From contig CAWCNS010000004.1 of the NCBI GenBank assembly GCA_963796965.1, forward strand, positions 480,001-544,000: a stretch of DNA of 64,000 nucleotides, read 5' to 3'. Position 1 is the stretch's first letter, and every line of letters begins with the position of its first letter. Source of the stretch: Calditrichia bacterium. Lineage in GTDB: Bacteria > Calditrichota > Calditrichia > JAJRVZ01. Below the pieces are notes generated by a model. It ran no database searches. It saw only the letters and a list, made by a program, of their open reading frames with translations, and had not been told where the DNA came from. Positions 62,914 to 64,000 of the stretch are shown in pieces. The position numbers and the translations under genes were made by a program.

Positions 62914-64000
62914 ATGAAGACGCCTAAAATTTATGCAAAAAAGTTGTTTTGTAATATGCACATTTTATGTGCTTTTGTTTTTCTATCATTCTGCCAGGTA
63001 CTTAAAGCAGACGAACCTTTGATCGTGCATGACATAGATAAGGGAATTGTCAGCATCCGTAGCGGCGAAGGTCTCTTGCTGTTTAGAATAAAATATAATG
63101 ATGGATGTTTTTTCGACTGGGTAGAAGTTAGGGGAAGGCAAGTGATTGATCCCGAAAAAGGCGTCTTTTCAGCTTTCAAAATTGACGGACAATGGTATTC
63201 CACCCGGGATAAAAACATACTACCACGTGTGACGGTGAATGGGGATACGTTATCGGTCGACAACCTACGCTACGGAAGTAAGAATTATTTCGTAGAAGAG
63301 AGCTGGAAACTAATCACCTTTCAGGATGCCATCGAATGGCATATCCAAAGACGAACAAAAGGTGTTGGTGTGCTCGAGGATGCTGCTAATGCCGAGTGGG
63401 TGTTTCCCGACATGCAAATGTGGACAGGTGCTATTCTTGATAACGGTGGCGTGGCCTGGAACAGGTTGTTGGAAGGGAAAAATATGACATATGGTTCCCA
63501 TACCGGAAAGGTATTGTTTTGGAATAAGACCAATGACCATTGTCTTGAAATCGATCCAACTGAATTCGGAGACCAGCATATAGCAACACGCTTTACCCAC
63601 AACTCAGATGATACCCATAGTTTTGTCCATACCCTCAGTGATTCTGTTCTTGAGACCAGGGTGAATTTGAGTCGTTTTCTTCCTGATAGCCAGGCGTTAT
63701 GGAAACCGTTTCGTATCAATAACGAAACGAAAAGGGTGACTTACCGCATTTCAACTCCCAGCTATAAAAGCCGTTTTGACCTTGGGGAATTTAAAGGTGT
63801 GGACGAGGATGTTATACGCGAAATACTAAACACTATTACCCGATACGGTGTGATCGATAGTAAACATTGTGGGGCCAATGGCTGGCGTACGGGATATATC
63901 TGCTTGCACGAGCAGTGGTATGCCCAAATGGCGATGGCTATTCAGGACGAAAGTTACACACGCAACGTGAGTGCGACCTATGATCATTTCAGAGATCATG
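62914..64000 (+). CDS. 5' part of a secreted hypothetical protein that runs off the window; absent from the ORF track
   Basis: AGGA precedes ATG at 62914: MKTPKIYAKKLFCNMHILCAFVFLSFCQVLKADEP...; near the edge it reads LNTITRYGVIDSKHCGANGWRTGYICLHEQW. It may be glycosidase-like. Confidence 0.75.
   Translation, partial: MKTPKIYAKKLFCNMHILCAFVFLSFCQVLKADEPLIVHDIDKGIVSIRSGEGLLLFRIKYNDGCFFDWVEVRGRQVIDPEKGVFSAFKIDGQWYSTRDKNILPRVTVNGDTLSVDNLRYGSKNYFVEESWKLITFQDAIEWHIQRRTKGVGVLEDAANAEWVFPDMQMWTGAILDNGGVAWNRLLEGKNMTYGSHTGKVLFWNKTNDHCLEIDPTEFGDQHIATRFTHNSDDTHSFVHTLSDSVLETRVNLSRFLPDSQALWKPFRINNETKRVTYRISTPSYKSRFDLGEFKGVDEDVIREILNTITRYGVIDSKHCGANGWRTGYICLHEQWYAQMAMAIQDESYTRNVSATYDHFRDH

Noticed and set aside
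62931..63719. Three minus-strand ORFs at the window end
   Set aside because: They are shadows of the + strand gene starting at 62914.

Overview
This is a bacterial window, moderately AT-rich, occupied almost entirely by one carbohydrate-processing island of about 36 genes, all but one on the + strand. Recognisable genes include a GH92 mannosidase, a GH95 fucosidase, two tandem GH29 genes, a GH141-like beta-helix protein, two S1 sulfatases, two Tat-exported Gfo/Idh/MocA oxidoreductases, a Tat-exported TIM-barrel isomerase, xylA, two metallophosphoesterases, an inositol-monophosphatase-family enzyme, SSS, MFS and ABC transporters, an RmlD-like reductase and a DegT aminotransferase. About ten further large secreted proteins look like unclassified glycosidases or lyases. 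I recognise no SusC/SusD, TonB receptor, regulator, tRNA/rRNA, CRISPR array or transposase. Many genes, especially in the first 8.5 kb, are split by small indels that look like long-read errors. The strongest leads are: (i) a GH29 tandem pair with complementary substitutions in conserved fucose-binding residues; (ii) three paralogs of an uncharacterised propeller plus helical-domain family with invariant acidic motifs; (iii) a protein built from two copies of an unknown catalytic-like domain with reciprocal acid swaps; (iv) a Cys-motif ABC/PQQ-propeller module; (v) an orphan IMPase-MFS-reductase-aminotransferase block; and (vi) several families of nested intergenic palindromic repeats. All family calls come from reading motifs by eye, without database searches.
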